A stretch of 59,050 nucleotides of DNA, from positions 1 to 59,050 of the forward strand of contig JAVBPX010000002.1 of the NCBI GenBank assembly GCA_031549365.1, written 5' to 3'. Source of the stretch: Alphaproteobacteria bacterium. GTDB taxonomy: Bacteria > Pseudomonadota > Alphaproteobacteria > Rs-D84. The notes under the pieces are model-generated. The model made no database searches. It was given only the letters and a program-made list of their open reading frames with translations, and was not told where the DNA came from. The translations under genes were made by a program, and so were the position numbers. Every line of letters starts with the position of its first letter. Position 1 is the stretch's first letter. This document shows positions 19,435 through 33,150 of this stretch, piece by piece.

Positions 19435-19905
19435 TTATCTGCCCGAATTTCTAACTGAATTTTGAATGTGTTGTATTTCCAAATCGCGATATATTTCTTC
19501 GAAAGCCAATTCACTGGCTGTTGGCGGGCGCATAAACGCAACCAATTGTCGAACTCCAAACGCACTTAGCATCGAAGTTCCACTATACATAACGCCGTTA
19601 AATGATGACGAAATAAAACCAATTAATTTTTGTTCATTGAACTGTTCCGCACCAAATATTTTTATCAATTCGACATTTGATTTCGGACCAAAGACATCAT
19701 AGCATAATGGAAATACATCCATTTTTGATTTATAGTTTTTGTCTTTTATGGTCTTTAACGTTTCGGCACGCAATTCCAATATATATTTACCGGCATCTTT
19801 TGTTCCTTTGAAATTTTCGGTCCGACGTGATAATTCGTTTAAAAATTCCGTTAATTTAAATGCGCGATTTATATTATTCTCATATTGTTTATGACTTTCT
19901 TTCAT
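19435..19905 (-). CDS. Hypothetical protein
   Basis: Long ORF following 19921-20547 in the same orientation; no recognisable motif. Confidence 0.6.
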   Translation of the reverse strand: MKESHKQYENNINRAFKLTEFLNELSRRTENFKGTKDAGKYILELRAETLKTIKDKNYKSKMDVFPLCYDVFGPKSNVELIKIFGAEQFNEQKLIGFISSSFNGVMYSGTSMLSAFGVRQLVAFMRPPTASELAFEEIYRDLEIQHIQNSVRNSGR

Positions 19906-19920
19906 TTTTATATTCCACAA

Positions 19921-20547
19921 CTAACGTTTATTTTCAATATTTTTAATTAAACCGATTTTGGATAAAATATTTCGCCCCGGTTGCAATATTTTTACTTTTC
20001 TTGCAGCTTGCTCCGCTCGTTTTGCGGCTTTTTTTTCAGCCTTTTCTTTTTCATATTTATCGCAATCTTTGAAATAGCGTTCCATATCCCAAAAACTGAA
20101 ACTTGGGCTATCGATTGCGTTATTTTCAACATCGGCGCGCATCGGTAAATAAAACCCAATGAAAAGACTATTAATACCAGATTCTGTTAAACCATATGTT
20201 TGTTTCCAATTTCCATCAGTGTATCTACGCATATAACCAACTGTCTGCCAAATTTCAATATTTTCCCAATCCATATATTCCAGAATTTCTTCTTTGGTTT
20301 TAGACCTGAAACCGTACAATTTTTTTTCAGGATCTTGCAATTTGCTGATTTCTTTTGCGCTGGGCCCCTTGGTCAACAAATCAATGAATCTGTGTTCTGT
20401 TTCTCTAGTATTTTCAATAATATTTTCATCGGAAAATATATTTGGGTATTTTGCATACACATATTTAACAAACGCGTTCAGTTTTATTAAACGCGCATAG
20501 GCATTATTCACATAAAAAAGATGCGTTCTGTTGGATTGATTATTCAT
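19921..20547 (-). CDS. Hypothetical protein
   Basis: 208-aa ORF downstream of ssb; no recognisable motif. Confidence 0.65.
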   Translation of the reverse strand: MNNQSNRTHLFYVNNAYARLIKLNAFVKYVYAKYPNIFSDENIIENTRETEHRFIDLLTKGPSAKEISKLQDPEKKLYGFRSKTKEEILEYMDWENIEIWQTVGYMRRYTDGNWKQTYGLTESGINSLFIGFYLPMRADVENNAIDSPSFSFWDMERYFKDCDKYEKEKAEKKAAKRAEQAARKVKILQPGRNILSKIGLIKNIENKR

Positions 20548-20573
20548 TAATTACCCCGGGGTTGGGTGATTTA

Positions 20574-21038
20574 TTAAAACGGAATATCGTCGTCGATTGC
20601 ATCAACCGAAATTTCGTCGTGTCCACCACCGGATGATGCAGGTGTATCAAATGCATCAGTTGATGGTGTGTGTGAACCGCCCCCTTCTCCGCGGCCACTC
20701 AATAATACTAATGTCGAACCAACGCCCAATACAACTTCGGTTGTATAAACGTCTTGGCCCGCAGTATTTTGGTATTTGCGTGTACGTAATTGTCCTTCGA
20801 CATATACTTTGGATCCCTTGGACAAAATGCGTTCTGCAACACTTGCCAACCCGGCTTGGAAAATAACAACACGGTGCCACTCTGTGCGCTCTTTGCGTTC
20901 GCCCGTTGCCTTGTCATTCCAGCTTTCCGATGTTGCAACACGTAATGAAACGATTTTGTTGCCGTCCTGGGTTTGGCGAACTTCTGGATCCGCGCCCAAA
21001 TTTCCGACCAATATAACTTTGTTAATGCTTGCTGCCAT
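20574..21038 (-). CDS. ssb: Single-stranded DNA-binding protein
   Basis: [24 protein letters not shown], acidic DDDIPF tail. Confidence 0.97.
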   Translation of the reverse strand: MAASINKVILVGNLGADPEVRQTQDGNKIVSLRVATSESWNDKATGERKERTEWHRVVIFQAGLASVAERILSKGSKVYVEGQLRTRKYQNTAGQDVYTTEVVLGVGSTLVLLSGRGEGGGSHTPSTDAFDTPASSGGGHDEISVDAIDDDIPF

Positions 21039-21115
21039 TTTCTTTCCTTTCTGTTAATTGTTTATCATAATTGCATTACAGCATAAATTACAAAAAGAAA
21101 GCAAGCACGAATTTA

Positions 21116-21331
21116 TTATTTTGTATTGCAAGCCAACCATAATGCATACAACCAAAACAATCCCGTCCATCCAAATCCAATCGTTAATGCACGAATTGTG
21201 AATGCATCTTTGGCCGCCTTGGAATTACGGTTTAATACAAAAATTGGCAAATACCAAATGAAAAATATCAGGCCCGCCGCCGCGATATATTTTAATAAAT
21301 TTATACCAAAATTCAAATAAATATCATACAT
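21116..21331 (-). CDS. Superinfection immunity (T4 Imm-like) small membrane protein
   Basis: YLPI...N...GWTGLFWLYALWLA pattern resembling the Imm_superinfect family. Confidence 0.65.
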   Translation of the reverse strand: MYDIYLNFGINLLKYIAAAGLIFFIWYLPIFVLNRNSKAAKDAFTIRALTIGFGWTGLFWLYALWLACNTK

Positions 21332-21343
21332 TGTTAATCCGAT

Positions 21344-22735
<1,392 letters not shown>

Positions 22736-22754
22736 TCAATCCAGAGGAGAAAAA

Positions 22755-23384
22755 ATGGCAAAAAAATCCAAAAATGCAATCGAACGCTTCATCTTGGCCA
22801 CCAAGGGTCCACACACACCAGAAACAATTATAAACTGTTTAAATATATCAAATATAAATGCTTCCGAAGGAATGATTTTTCCGAATATTGGGATTAAAAT
22901 AATATTGTCCGATGGGGATAATAACCAAGCCAAAATTGCTGATTTTTCCAAAGTGCGCTGTCTAGAGAGCATAAAATACACCGATAATTTGCAATTGGAA
23001 ACTTTTGTTATGCCTGAAAATGACAAAAAAGAACACCCTGTGCACGTCGATTTACGAGGATGTGCATATTTGGAAAATGTTGTTATTCATCATGAATGGC
23101 AAATAAACAATATTGTTATGATTGATCAAAATGCAAACAATGTGAATCACGGCAAAGAACCAAGAATTCATACCATTTCCAAAGAAACTGCGGAACGAAT
23201 TAAAAACATGGCATTAATGAATTTGCGAATTAAAAATGTAACCAATCCGGAACAAAAACAAGAATTGGAATTAATGTTGAAACAATACAAACGCTATTCT
23301 CAGGTAAGCGAAGATTGTAAAATCAACGCAAACAACATTATGAAAACATTGAAAGACGTTGTCCTGTCGGATAAATCAAAATAA
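22755..23384 (+). CDS. Hypothetical protein
   Basis: 209-aa ORF with GAGGAG RBS and upstream TTGACA. Confidence 0.7.
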   Translation: MAKKSKNAIERFILATKGPHTPETIINCLNISNINASEGMIFPNIGIKIILSDGDNNQAKIADFSKVRCLESIKYTDNLQLETFVMPENDKKEHPVHVDLRGCAYLENVVIHHEWQINNIVMIDQNANNVNHGKEPRIHTISKETAERIKNMALMNLRIKNVTNPEQKQELELMLKQYKRYSQVSEDCKINANNIMKTLKDVVLSDKSK

Positions 23385-24080
23385 TTGATGTAATTCTGAT
23401 CCGTGGGCGGACAACCATAATTTGGCACGTTCGACCCCGGGGCCGTGTAATTCACGAACTGTGCGCCAAAATGCTGCGGAATGATCCAAATATTTCAAAT
23501 GCGAAATTTCATGAATTATCACATATCGTGCAACATCCGTCGGGGCAAATGCCAAACGCCACGAAAAAGCAACAGATCCCGACGAAGAACAACTGCCCCA
23601 TCTGGATGTTGTGTCTTTTAAAGAAATGCGCGTTGGTTTATACGCAAATGTTTTGTTTATTTTTTTAACCTCGGCCACAACAAATTTTAAAAATTCGCGT
23701 TTGATTTCATCGCGCACGCGACGCTCTAACATATCTGCGCCACCACACACAAACATTTTATCATCATCGTAATATATGCCTGCACGGGATCTAGGATCGT
23801 GTATGACGCAATAATTGCGGCCACAAAACACAATTGTATCGCCAGATGATAATTTTTGTTTTGGTTTCGATTTTTTAAAAAATTTGTTTATCCAATCGCG
23901 CTTGGCATCCAAAAAAGCCAACGCCATTCTCATATTACCACCCCATGGGATTGATACTCGGATTTCCCAACGCGGCACAGCACGCGGATGCAAAACAATA
24001 TTTTTTCCATTTGTTTTTTTAGTAAAAATCACTGGTATTTCAATACCATCTTCCGTTTCAAATACGTATGCTTCGGACAT
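23376..24080 (-). CDS. YgjP/DUF45 (M48/SprT-like) metal-dependent hydrolase
   Basis: SRWGSCS, YVIIHEISHL..DHS..FW. Confidence 0.9.
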   Translation of the reverse strand: MSEAYVFETEDGIEIPVIFTKKTNGKNIVLHPRAVPRWEIRVSIPWGGNMRMALAFLDAKRDWINKFFKKSKPKQKLSSGDTIVFCGRNYCVIHDPRSRAGIYYDDDKMFVCGGADMLERRVRDEIKREFLKFVVAEVKKINKTFAYKPTRISLKDTTSRWGSCSSSGSVAFSWRLAFAPTDVARYVIIHEISHLKYLDHSAAFWRTVRELHGPGVERAKLWLSAHGSELHQLF

Positions 24081-24081
24081 T

Positions 24082-26001
24082 TTATGCCTTTTTCAAAATT
24101 GAAATTAATTCTTTGGCAATAAATTCAGCATCAAATCCATGCGCGCGATAAACATCCGCACCGGCCCCAGATTCGCCAAACTCATCAATCCCCATTATTG
24201 CGTCAGCATATTTATACCATGACAATGTTGCGCCCGCTTCGATCGCCAAAACAAATGATGACTCTGGACATAAAACTGAATCACGATATTTTTCAGTCTG
24301 TTTTTCAAATAATTCAACGCACGGCATTGATACAATCGCCGAATTTATTTTTTTGGCTGCCAATATTTTTTGAACGTTTAATGCCAATGAAACCTCGGAC
24401 CCGGTTGCCAACAAAGTAACATCGCGTTTTTTTGATCCGCCAACAGCCTCGGACAAAATGTACCCACCATATGATGACTTGTTCTCGGAAATATCGGTTC
24501 GAACAATTGGTAACGATTGACGTGTTAAAGATAAAATCGATGGTGTTTCGTTGTTGGACAGAGCCAATTCCCAGCATTCCGAAACCTCGACCGCGTCGCA
24601 TGGCCGAAATACATTCATATTCGGCATAGCCCGGAATGATGTTAAATGTTCAACTGGTTGGTGCGTGGCACCATCTTCGCCCAATGCGATACTGTCATGC
24701 GTTAAAACATATATGACTGGCAATTTCATTAATGATGACAACCGCATGGATGGGCGCATATAATCTGAAAATATTAAAAATGTTCCGCCGTATGCACGAA
24801 ATCCAGATAAAGTTAATCCGTTCATAATGGCCGCCATCGCGTGTTCGCGAACGCCGTAATGAATATAATTTCCAGACGCGTCATCAGGCATTATATCACT
24901 GCTGAATTTTGTGAATGTATTAACAGAAGGCGTTAAATCGGCCGAACCTCCGATAATTTCATCGCCAAACATTTCCATTAAATGATCCAAAACAATACCG
25001 GATGCCGCACGCGTTGCAATTGGCTTGCCCGATTTAATTAATTCGTGGGCGGCTGATTTGCATAATTTTTTTAATTCAGTATCGCTAAATTTTGTTGTTT
25101 TACCCGCGGCACCACGCGTGCCCGTTTTTGCCCATAATTTTTTCGCGACCGCTGACACCATAAATGGTTTTTCGCATCCCAATTTTTTCATAACATTTTT
25201 CGCATCATCGTCCGATAATGGCGATCCGTGTGTTGCGGCATCTCCGGCACGAACGGACAAATATCCGATTGTGGTCTTGCACGCAATTAATGTCGGGCGT
25301 TTGTTTTTTTTCGCCCGCGTTAATGCAGCATCAACCGATTTTGAATCCAAACCATTTACTGAAATCGTATCCCAATTTGCGGATTCAAATCGCCCCAAGA
25401 TATCATCAGATCTGGTTAATTTTGTATCACCATCAATTGAAATTTCGTTATTATCCCACAATACGATTAAATGATTTAATTTATGGAATCCAGCCAGAGA
25501 TATAGCCTCGGCCGATAAACCCTCCATCAAATCGCCGTCAGACGCCATTACATATGTATACCAATTTGAATCGGCGTCCCCTCGGTCGCGTTTAATTTTT
25601 TCAGCCAACGCAATACCAACGGATGTGGCAATCCCCTGACCCAATGGGCCGGTTGACATTTCAATCCCGGGCATAGCGCCGCATTCGGGATGACCCTGAG
25701 TCCGGGATCCCAATTTCCGGAATGATTTTAAATCATCAATCGTTATATCATATCCGGTTAAATATAATATTGAATACAACATGGCGGATGCATGACCGGC
25801 GGACAAAATAAATCTATCACGATTTGGCCAGTTTGGATGTTTGGGATCAAACCGTAAATGATTCGCGAATAAAACAGTCGCCACATCGGCCATACCCAAT
25901 GGTGCGCCCGGGTGCCCAGATTTTGCCGTTTGAACCTGGTCCACAGACAAAGCACGAACAGATGCCGACATTTCACGTAATTCATTTATTGAAAAAGCCA
26001 T
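24082..26001 (-). CDS. tkt: Transketolase
   Basis: SGHPGAPLG, NRDRFILSAGH, TGPLGQG, YGVREHAM, THDSIALGEDG. Confidence 0.96.
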   Translation of the reverse strand: MAFSINELREMSASVRALSVDQVQTAKSGHPGAPLGMADVATVLFANHLRFDPKHPNWPNRDRFILSAGHASAMLYSILYLTGYDITIDDLKSFRKLGSRTQGHPECGAMPGIEMSTGPLGQGIATSVGIALAEKIKRDRGDADSNWYTYVMASDGDLMEGLSAEAISLAGFHKLNHLIVLWDNNEISIDGDTKLTRSDDILGRFESANWDTISVNGLDSKSVDAALTRAKKNKRPTLIACKTTIGYLSVRAGDAATHGSPLSDDDAKNVMKKLGCEKPFMVSAVAKKLWAKTGTRGAAGKTTKFSDTELKKLCKSAAHELIKSGKPIATRAASGIVLDHLMEMFGDEIIGGSADLTPSVNTFTKFSSDIMPDDASGNYIHYGVREHAMAAIMNGLTLSGFRAYGGTFLIFSDYMRPSMRLSSLMKLPVIYVLTHDSIALGEDGATHQPVEHLTSFRAMPNMNVFRPCDAVEVSECWELALSNNETPSILSLTRQSLPIVRTDISENKSSYGGYILSEAVGGSKKRDVTLLATGSEVSLALNVQKILAAKKINSAIVSMPCVELFEKQTEKYRDSVLCPESSFVLAIEAGATLSWYKYADAIMGIDEFGESGAGADVYRAHGFDAEFIAKELISILKKA

Positions 26002-26060
26002 TTTGAAACCCCCCAAATTTATGATAGAATAATTTTAACACAACCAATGGAAAAATACAA

Positions 26061-26498
26061 ATGCAAACAATAACAACAATTTATACTGATGGATCATGTT
26101 TGGGAAATCCCGGACGTGGTGGATGGGCATATTTAATCGTAACGCCGGACGGGACGCGCATTGAAAATGCGGGCGGAGTTCGCGACACAACAAATAACCG
26201 CATGGAATTACAAGCCGTAATTTCTGCATTGCACGCGATTAAAAATACAACAGATGTTTGTATAAACACCGACAGCCAATATGTAAAAAATGGGATGACA
26301 ACTTGGATACAAAATTGGAAGCGTAAAAATTGGCGGGGGGCGTCTGGCGATCCGGTTAAAAACAAAGATTTATGGATGGAATTGGATGATGCCGCATCCA
26401 AATTCAAAATTTCATGGTGCTGGGTCCGCGGGCATAATGGGCACCCTGAAAATGAACGGGTTGATGAATTGGCCCGCACCGCTGCCGAACGATTATAA
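26061..26498 (+). CDS. rnhA: Ribonuclease HI
   Basis: YTDGSCLGNPG, TTNNRMEL, DSQYV, WVRGHNGHPENERVD. Confidence 0.96.
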   Translation: MQTITTIYTDGSCLGNPGRGGWAYLIVTPDGTRIENAGGVRDTTNNRMELQAVISALHAIKNTTDVCINTDSQYVKNGMTTWIQNWKRKNWRGASGDPVKNKDLWMELDDAASKFKISWCWVRGHNGHPENERVDELARTAAERL

Positions 26499-26510
26499 AA
26501 AATCGCAAAC

Positions 26511-26538
26511 AAAAAACCCGCCGATTGGCGGGTTTTTT
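26511..26538. terminator. Bidirectional terminator
   Basis: AAAAAACCCGCC-GATT-GGCGGGTTTTTT. Confidence 0.75.
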
Positions 26539-26552
26539 GTTTGTGCTTTCAA

Positions 26553-27452
26553 TTAAAACCATGTCCAAGGAGCCACGATTTTCAAAATAAACCAACCTGT
26601 ACGTTTGTCCATGAATGCATGTCCACAACGTGGGCAAACAACAAACGGTTTTGTTAATTTTTTCATTTGTAAATAGCCCCAAACGATTGGCAATAATCCA
26701 AAAATTACCCAACAGAAAATTACCATACCCCATGCAACATATGAAAAATATGTGTTCACAGTATTCATGATAATTGCAATGGTTGATGCTGATGATTTTT
26801 CCAAATCACGATAAATTTTTGTGGCAGTCGGCCAGCTGGACGGCAACCAAGGACGCACTGTTTTAATTTTATAATCAGTCAGCAATGTTGTGCCCAATCC
26901 ACCCAAATTTTTGTCTGCAATTTTTTTAATTTCTGCATCGATCATTTTATCGATTTCGGCTTGGGATGCTTTGACCAATTCATTTTGAATTTTATCAATT
27001 TGTTTATTAACTGTTGCCGTGGTATCGGTCGCGGTCGTTAAAACTTTGTCCGCGCCGGATGTATTCACACCAAATTTACCGGCCAATCCGGAAATTGTTT
27101 TGGCGTCTTTGGTAACTTTGTCCACATTTGCAACCTGCTTTTCGGCCAATTTAACTTTTTCTGTCGCAATTGCGATTGGTTTGGATAAATCGATATTTTT
27201 TTTGGCCGATTCCAATAAATTTTGATATTGATGAGCGATTGATTTTTGCAAATCAAAAAACATAGCAACAACCATCGATTGTTTAATTGGTGTTGAATAT
27301 GTTTTCATAATATAATACGGGCCGCCAATGAATACAACCGCCCATAAAATCGCCAGCATTAAATATGTTCGTTTAACCCAAACAACCCACGAAGTTTTAC
27401 GTGTTACAGTTTGGTTTGTTAATACTTCCAGTTGTTCTTTTTTCTTGGCCAT
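26553..27452 (-). CDS. Hypothetical membrane protein (two TM regions, coiled coil, C-terminal CPRCG)
   Basis: 299-aa ORF, AAGGAG RBS. Confidence 0.75.
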   Translation of the reverse strand: MAKKKEQLEVLTNQTVTRKTSWVVWVKRTYLMLAILWAVVFIGGPYYIMKTYSTPIKQSMVVAMFFDLQKSIAHQYQNLLESAKKNIDLSKPIAIATEKVKLAEKQVANVDKVTKDAKTISGLAGKFGVNTSGADKVLTTATDTTATVNKQIDKIQNELVKASQAEIDKMIDAEIKKIADKNLGGLGTTLLTDYKIKTVRPWLPSSWPTATKIYRDLEKSSASTIAIIMNTVNTYFSYVAWGMVIFCWVIFGLLPIVWGYLQMKKLTKPFVVCPRCGHAFMDKRTGWFILKIVAPWTWF

Positions 27453-27543
27453 GAAAATCTCCTTTCATTTTGCATGGCAATATAATACGTCAAAATAGTA
27501 TAAAAATCAAATTAAAAAACCGGGGAAATTCCCCGGTTTATTT

Positions 27544-29187
<1,644 letters not shown>

Positions 29188-29481
29188 TTATTCCCCTTGT
29201 AAAATTCCCAATATATCTGTTTCTTTGATAATAATATATTCATTACCATCGATTTTAATTTCCGATGCGGATGATGCCCATTTTGCAAACATCACAATGT
29301 CGCCAGACTTGACTGACATTGGCACACGCACGCCATCATCAAATTTCCCATCACCAATCGCAACAACGCGACCACGGGATGGTTTTTCCCGTGCATTGTC
29401 GGGGATAATAATTCCGCCGACTGTTTTTTCTTCGTCTGCCAATCTTTCCAATAGCACATAATTATATAGTGGTTTAAACAT
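29188..29481 (-). CDS. groS: Co-chaperonin GroES
   Basis: KPL...GGIIIPDNAREKP, immediately upstream of groL. Confidence 0.96.
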   Translation of the reverse strand: MFKPLYNYVLLERLADEEKTVGGIIIPDNAREKPSRGRVVAIGDGKFDDGVRVPMSVKSGDIVMFAKWASSASEIKIDGNEYIIIKETDILGILQGE

Positions 29482-29568
29482 TTTTACTGTTCTCCTTTTG
29501 ATTTAAACACCGTGGTCCCAATATAATTAAAAAATCCCCCTTTTTCAAGGGGGCGTTTGTTTATTTTA

Positions 29569-32500
29569 TTAAAAACCAACTGCATGGCGCATTTTTAACA
29601 TGAATACAGTTTCATCCGGCGCAGTATAATCATGATTTGGATTAATTCTGTACACAAATCCAATCGCCCCAGACGTTATGTCATTAAATTGATGTTGCAA
29701 AAATCCAGAAAATCTGGTTTCACGATGATTTGGGGATAAATCAACATAAACATCATGCGGATTCAAGCGCAAATCATACCCAGATTCACTTTCAATCAAT
29801 TCAAAATCCGCAGACGCGTATTTCATTGACCCGGATGTTACTGCCAATGGTTGCGATGCCGAAAAATTCAACATTGTTTTTTCATTAAATGCAAATTGTG
29901 CACCGAACGACATTGCATTTGATGTTAATTTTGATAATCCATCCAATAATGAATCATCCGATATATTTGAATCTGTGTTTGCGAAAGTATAACGGGCAAA
30001 TAAATCCAATCCATTCATTGGGCTGAAGCGGGCCACGGAATCAACATACGTTGTGTTTGCATTTCCAAAATCCAACATACCGGCGCCATACATACCCAAC
30101 ATAGTATGATTTTCAGACATCATACCAAATTCAGCACCAATTGATAATTTATCGCCAAACATATTGTGGTGAACGAATGACGAAGCACCAATTACATGGC
30201 CCAAATTTGCGTCCATTACAAATTCAGACATTACTGGATCGCGTTCGACCAAGTTTTCTTCGGTAACAGATCCTGAAAACCCACGGGCACCAATGGTTGT
30301 GTTTCCAAACTTAATACCCGCGTTCGAAGTAACTGAATTCGACACCATTGCAAAATATGGATTTGACACATCGGATTTATCAATTTTTACGAAAGAACCC
30401 GCAATGTCTGTTGACGCAAATGCATTGGTTAAATTATGACCGAACCCTGCGCCAACAACAAAATTATCGTTTGCAAATTCCATTGTCATTTTGTCCAGAC
30501 CGCCTGTTACATCCTCTGCAAAACTGGATGGGCGAATTGCCATACGCATAGTCAAACCATTTTCGGAATATACCAAATCATCATGTTTCTGTGTACGCAA
30601 ATCCGACAACATTGATGATAAATTCATTGATGCGCGGGTATTTGTCATACCGCCAAAATCCATTTCATAAACACGTGGGATTGATGTTGTGCCATCGGCC
30701 GTCGCGATAAAATCAAACATTGGAATTGATACAGCAACATTTGTTGCACCGAATGCGGATGATACAGATAACGCGGTCGATGCGATACGAGATGTGGTTA
30801 CCGCACGAAATGCATTGCCCGATTGACCGGACGCAACATTCCAATTTACATATTTAACATCAATTGCGCCCCACCCGGCATCATTTGTGTTACGCAAAAA
30901 TGTTAACCATGAACCCGGCATAGTCGCACGATTTAAATTGATAACGCCGTATCCAAATACTTTGGCAAATGCGCCCGCGTATGTCAAACTGCCGGCATTA
31001 ACCTCCATCTGAATTTCACCAGGCAATAAATAACGTTGTTTCAATGTTGTTTCATCCAATGCTTTGCCATCCGATGTTGCTGCCATTAAAACAAAAACTT
31101 GATCCGTGTTCATGTATGAAAATGCGGATTTAATTAATCCCGCGGCGCCGGATAATACGGCCACGGCTTCCTCGCCCGTTGCGCCCGGGGCTGAAAAACA
31201 CCATGGATCGTAATATGTGGATCCAACAGAAAACCCAGTCCCCGTCAATCCGCAAATCCGAGAAGACATCGTATCGTCCCCGGTCCCATGAACAGATAAT
31301 TGATATTTTTGATCGCCTGGGAATGGGTCATCCGCCTTGGTTACGCCCGATGTCCCAACGGTTAATTGAACCGCAACGACGGACGCAAAACGATGTTTTA
31401 AACCGTTGCCGTAAATATATGGGGCAACGTTGTCAAACGTTGCGGACAGCGCAGTCAAGCTGTCAATTTTTTTATATTCGCCCGCTGACATTATAATCAA
31501 AGGATCTTCGTTTGAATATGACGTACTGTAATTTGTATATAAATCATGTGCATCAGATCCAGGAAAATTTGTTGCGTCATCTGCTGAATTCAAATTGTAA
31601 TACTTATTTATGTATGTCTTGAATGTATTTTCATTCCACTCATATGCAATTGCACCATCTGCGGTCAGGGTATTTGATTCTTTCATAGTATTCAAAATTG
31701 AAGTATTCGCAATTACAAATGGGCGAATGTTATCGTTTAACGCCAGCGCCATTTTCATAGCCTTGTAATGGGACGCATCGGATACACCCAATTCACCCTG
31801 ACCTACTTTGTACACAGCCAAATATCCGTTCGGCAACATTCCAGATAATACATCGGTTTCCCCCGACATGTGTTGCCCAATTAACATTTGCGCCAGTTTG
31901 GATGAATCGCCGCCGGCCGGGACAGATCCGTTCAAAGCACTGGTCCCGCCAGTTAAATCGAAACTGGATTCTGTTTGCCCGGACTGTAAATTTAAATAAC
32001 GCGCAATTGGGTTTGATGAAATAGATGCAGTTTCACAATTTTGTGACGCGCCACCCGCACATTCTGCATATTCAATTTCAATTGGATTGGATCCGTCCAT
32101 CGATTGATAATTTGCGGCAGGCGTAACACCATTTGTTGTGATTAACGCAACACCGACCGGTTTACCACCATTAACACCGGATGGCAATTCTGTAATTGCC
32201 TTGGTTTTTGTGTTACGCAAAACAGTTTGTCCAAAATAACCACGCGAAAATGCATAATATGCACGCGTTAAATAAAGATAATTCTGATTTCCGTTTGCCG
32301 ACATTGCAGTGAAGTCAGCGGCCTTGGCCGGATTATCGACATTTGTTGTGCTGTACGAAGCCAAATCTTCGTTAAACGCTGTGCCGTTTTTTAACATCGT
32401 CGGCAATGTAACTTTGAATGCTGATGTGCCGCCGTTACCACCATTACCGTTTCCGCCGGATGATGATCCACCATTATCGTTTGACGAATCGGACGAACCG

Positions 32501-32913
32501 GCAAGTGCGCCAACCCCAACAACGACAAGGGCGGCCCCACCAGCCGCCAATGCTAATTGTTGAATGGACGACAGTCCAGAAAACATCCCACCAGAATCAT
32601 CCGTTTTATTATTCTTTTTGTATTTTTGTTGTTGGTCATCACAACGCGATGCGTCAGCACCATACGTTTGTAAAATTTGTGCGGCACGGGTATCGCCATT
32701 CATTAATGCGGTGCAAACCAACGACAAACCACTGGCGTCCGTGTAATTTACATCAACACCAGAATTGACCATTGCTTCGACCTGAACGACATCCCCCTGA
32801 CGTGCGGCGGATAATAATGCTGATGCTTGGCTGAAATTTGTGGCCGCATGCGCGCCAAATCCAAACATGGCAAATATGCCGAACAATCCGATTATTCGTA
32901 ATTTTTTTAACAT
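29569..32913 (-). CDS. Secreted ankyrin-repeat + degenerate S8 subtilase-like + C-terminal beta-barrel protein
   Basis: Signal peptide, ankyrin (LLSAARQGD...GVDVNYTD..G), S8-like WCFSAPG...GAAGLIKSAF and FGYGVINL, beta-rich C-terminus ending in F. Confidence 0.75.
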   Translation of the reverse strand: MLKKLRIIGLFGIFAMFGFGAHAATNFSQASALLSAARQGDVVQVEAMVNSGVDVNYTDASGLSLVCTALMNGDTRAAQILQTYGADASRCDDQQQKYKKNNKTDDSGGMFSGLSSIQQLALAAGGAALVVVGVGALAGSSDSSNDNGGSSSGGNGNGGNGGTSAFKVTLPTMLKNGTAFNEDLASYSTTNVDNPAKAADFTAMSANGNQNYLYLTRAYYAFSRGYFGQTVLRNTKTKAITELPSGVNGGKPVGVALITTNGVTPAANYQSMDGSNPIEIEYAECAGGASQNCETASISSNPIARYLNLQSGQTESSFDLTGGTSALNGSVPAGGDSSKLAQMLIGQHMSGETDVLSGMLPNGYLAVYKVGQGELGVSDASHYKAMKMALALNDNIRPFVIANTSILNTMKESNTLTADGAIAYEWNENTFKTYINKYYNLNSADDATNFPGSDAHDLYTNYSTSYSNEDPLIIMSAGEYKKIDSLTALSATFDNVAPYIYGNGLKHRFASVVAVQLTVGTSGVTKADDPFPGDQKYQLSVHGTGDDTMSSRICGLTGTGFSVGSTYYDPWCFSAPGATGEEAVAVLSGAAGLIKSAFSYMNTDQVFVLMAATSDGKALDETTLKQRYLLPGEIQMEVNAGSLTYAGAFAKVFGYGVINLNRATMPGSWLTFLRNTNDAGWGAIDVKYVNWNVASGQSGNAFRAVTTSRIASTALSVSSAFGATNVAVSIPMFDFIATADGTTSIPRVYEMDFGGMTNTRASMNLSSMLSDLRTQKHDDLVYSENGLTMRMAIRPSSFAEDVTGGLDKMTMEFANDNFVVGAGFGHNLTNAFASTDIAGSFVKIDKSDVSNPYFAMVSNSVTSNAGIKFGNTTIGARGFSGSVTEENLVERDPVMSEFVMDANLGHVIGASSFVHHNMFGDKLSIGAEFGMMSENHTMLGMYGAGMLDFGNANTTYVDSVARFSPMNGLDLFARYTFANTDSNISDDSLLDGLSKLTSNAMSFGAQFAFNEKTMLNFSASQPLAVTSGSMKYASADFELIESESGYDLRLNPHDVYVDLSPNHRETRFSGFLQHQFNDITSGAIGFVYRINPNHDYTAPDETVFMLKMRHAVGF

Positions 32914-33030
32914 AAAATTTCTCCCGTCCATTTACAGATTGGATTTTAACACATATTTCAAAAATGCGTCAACTGTTTTTATATTGGATAAAAACTTGAT
33001 TTTAAATGGCAAATACGCTTATTTGTAATA

Positions 33031-33061
33031 AAAAATGCCTCTGTAAGCATGAGGCATTTTT
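33031..33061 (-). terminator. Terminator downstream of the peptide gene
   Basis: AAAAATGCCTC-N9-GAGGCATTTTT immediately after the stop codons. Confidence 0.7.
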
Positions 33062-33062
33062 A

Positions 33063-33149
33063 CTATTCATCAACTATATCACTTGCTCCGCTACCATTGC
33101 AGCCTGCGCAACACATCGATATAACTGACTTTTCTTTTACAACTTTCAT
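33063..33149 (-). CDS. Putative RiPP precursor peptide (28 aa, CCxxC core; missing from ORF track)
   Basis: MKVVKEKSVISMCCAGCNGSGASDIVDE; ATG lies 1 nt after the rSAM stop, GGAG RBS, double stop TAG TAA, then a terminator. Confidence 0.7.
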   Translation of the reverse strand: MKVVKEKSVISMCCAGCNGSGASDIVDE

Positions 33150-33150
33150 A

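Noticed and set aside
18801-19454. 217-aa overlapping ORF in another frame of rubrerythrin, plus antisense ORFs
   Set aside because: No RBS-supported ATG, no motif, runs through the terminator; explained by codon bias
29482-29568. Possible CIRCE or sigma32 heat-shock element upstream of groES
   Set aside because: No TTAGCACTC-N9-GAGTGCTAA. CCCCCTTGAA is present but without a CCCCAT -10, and it doubles as the upstream gene's terminator hairpin.
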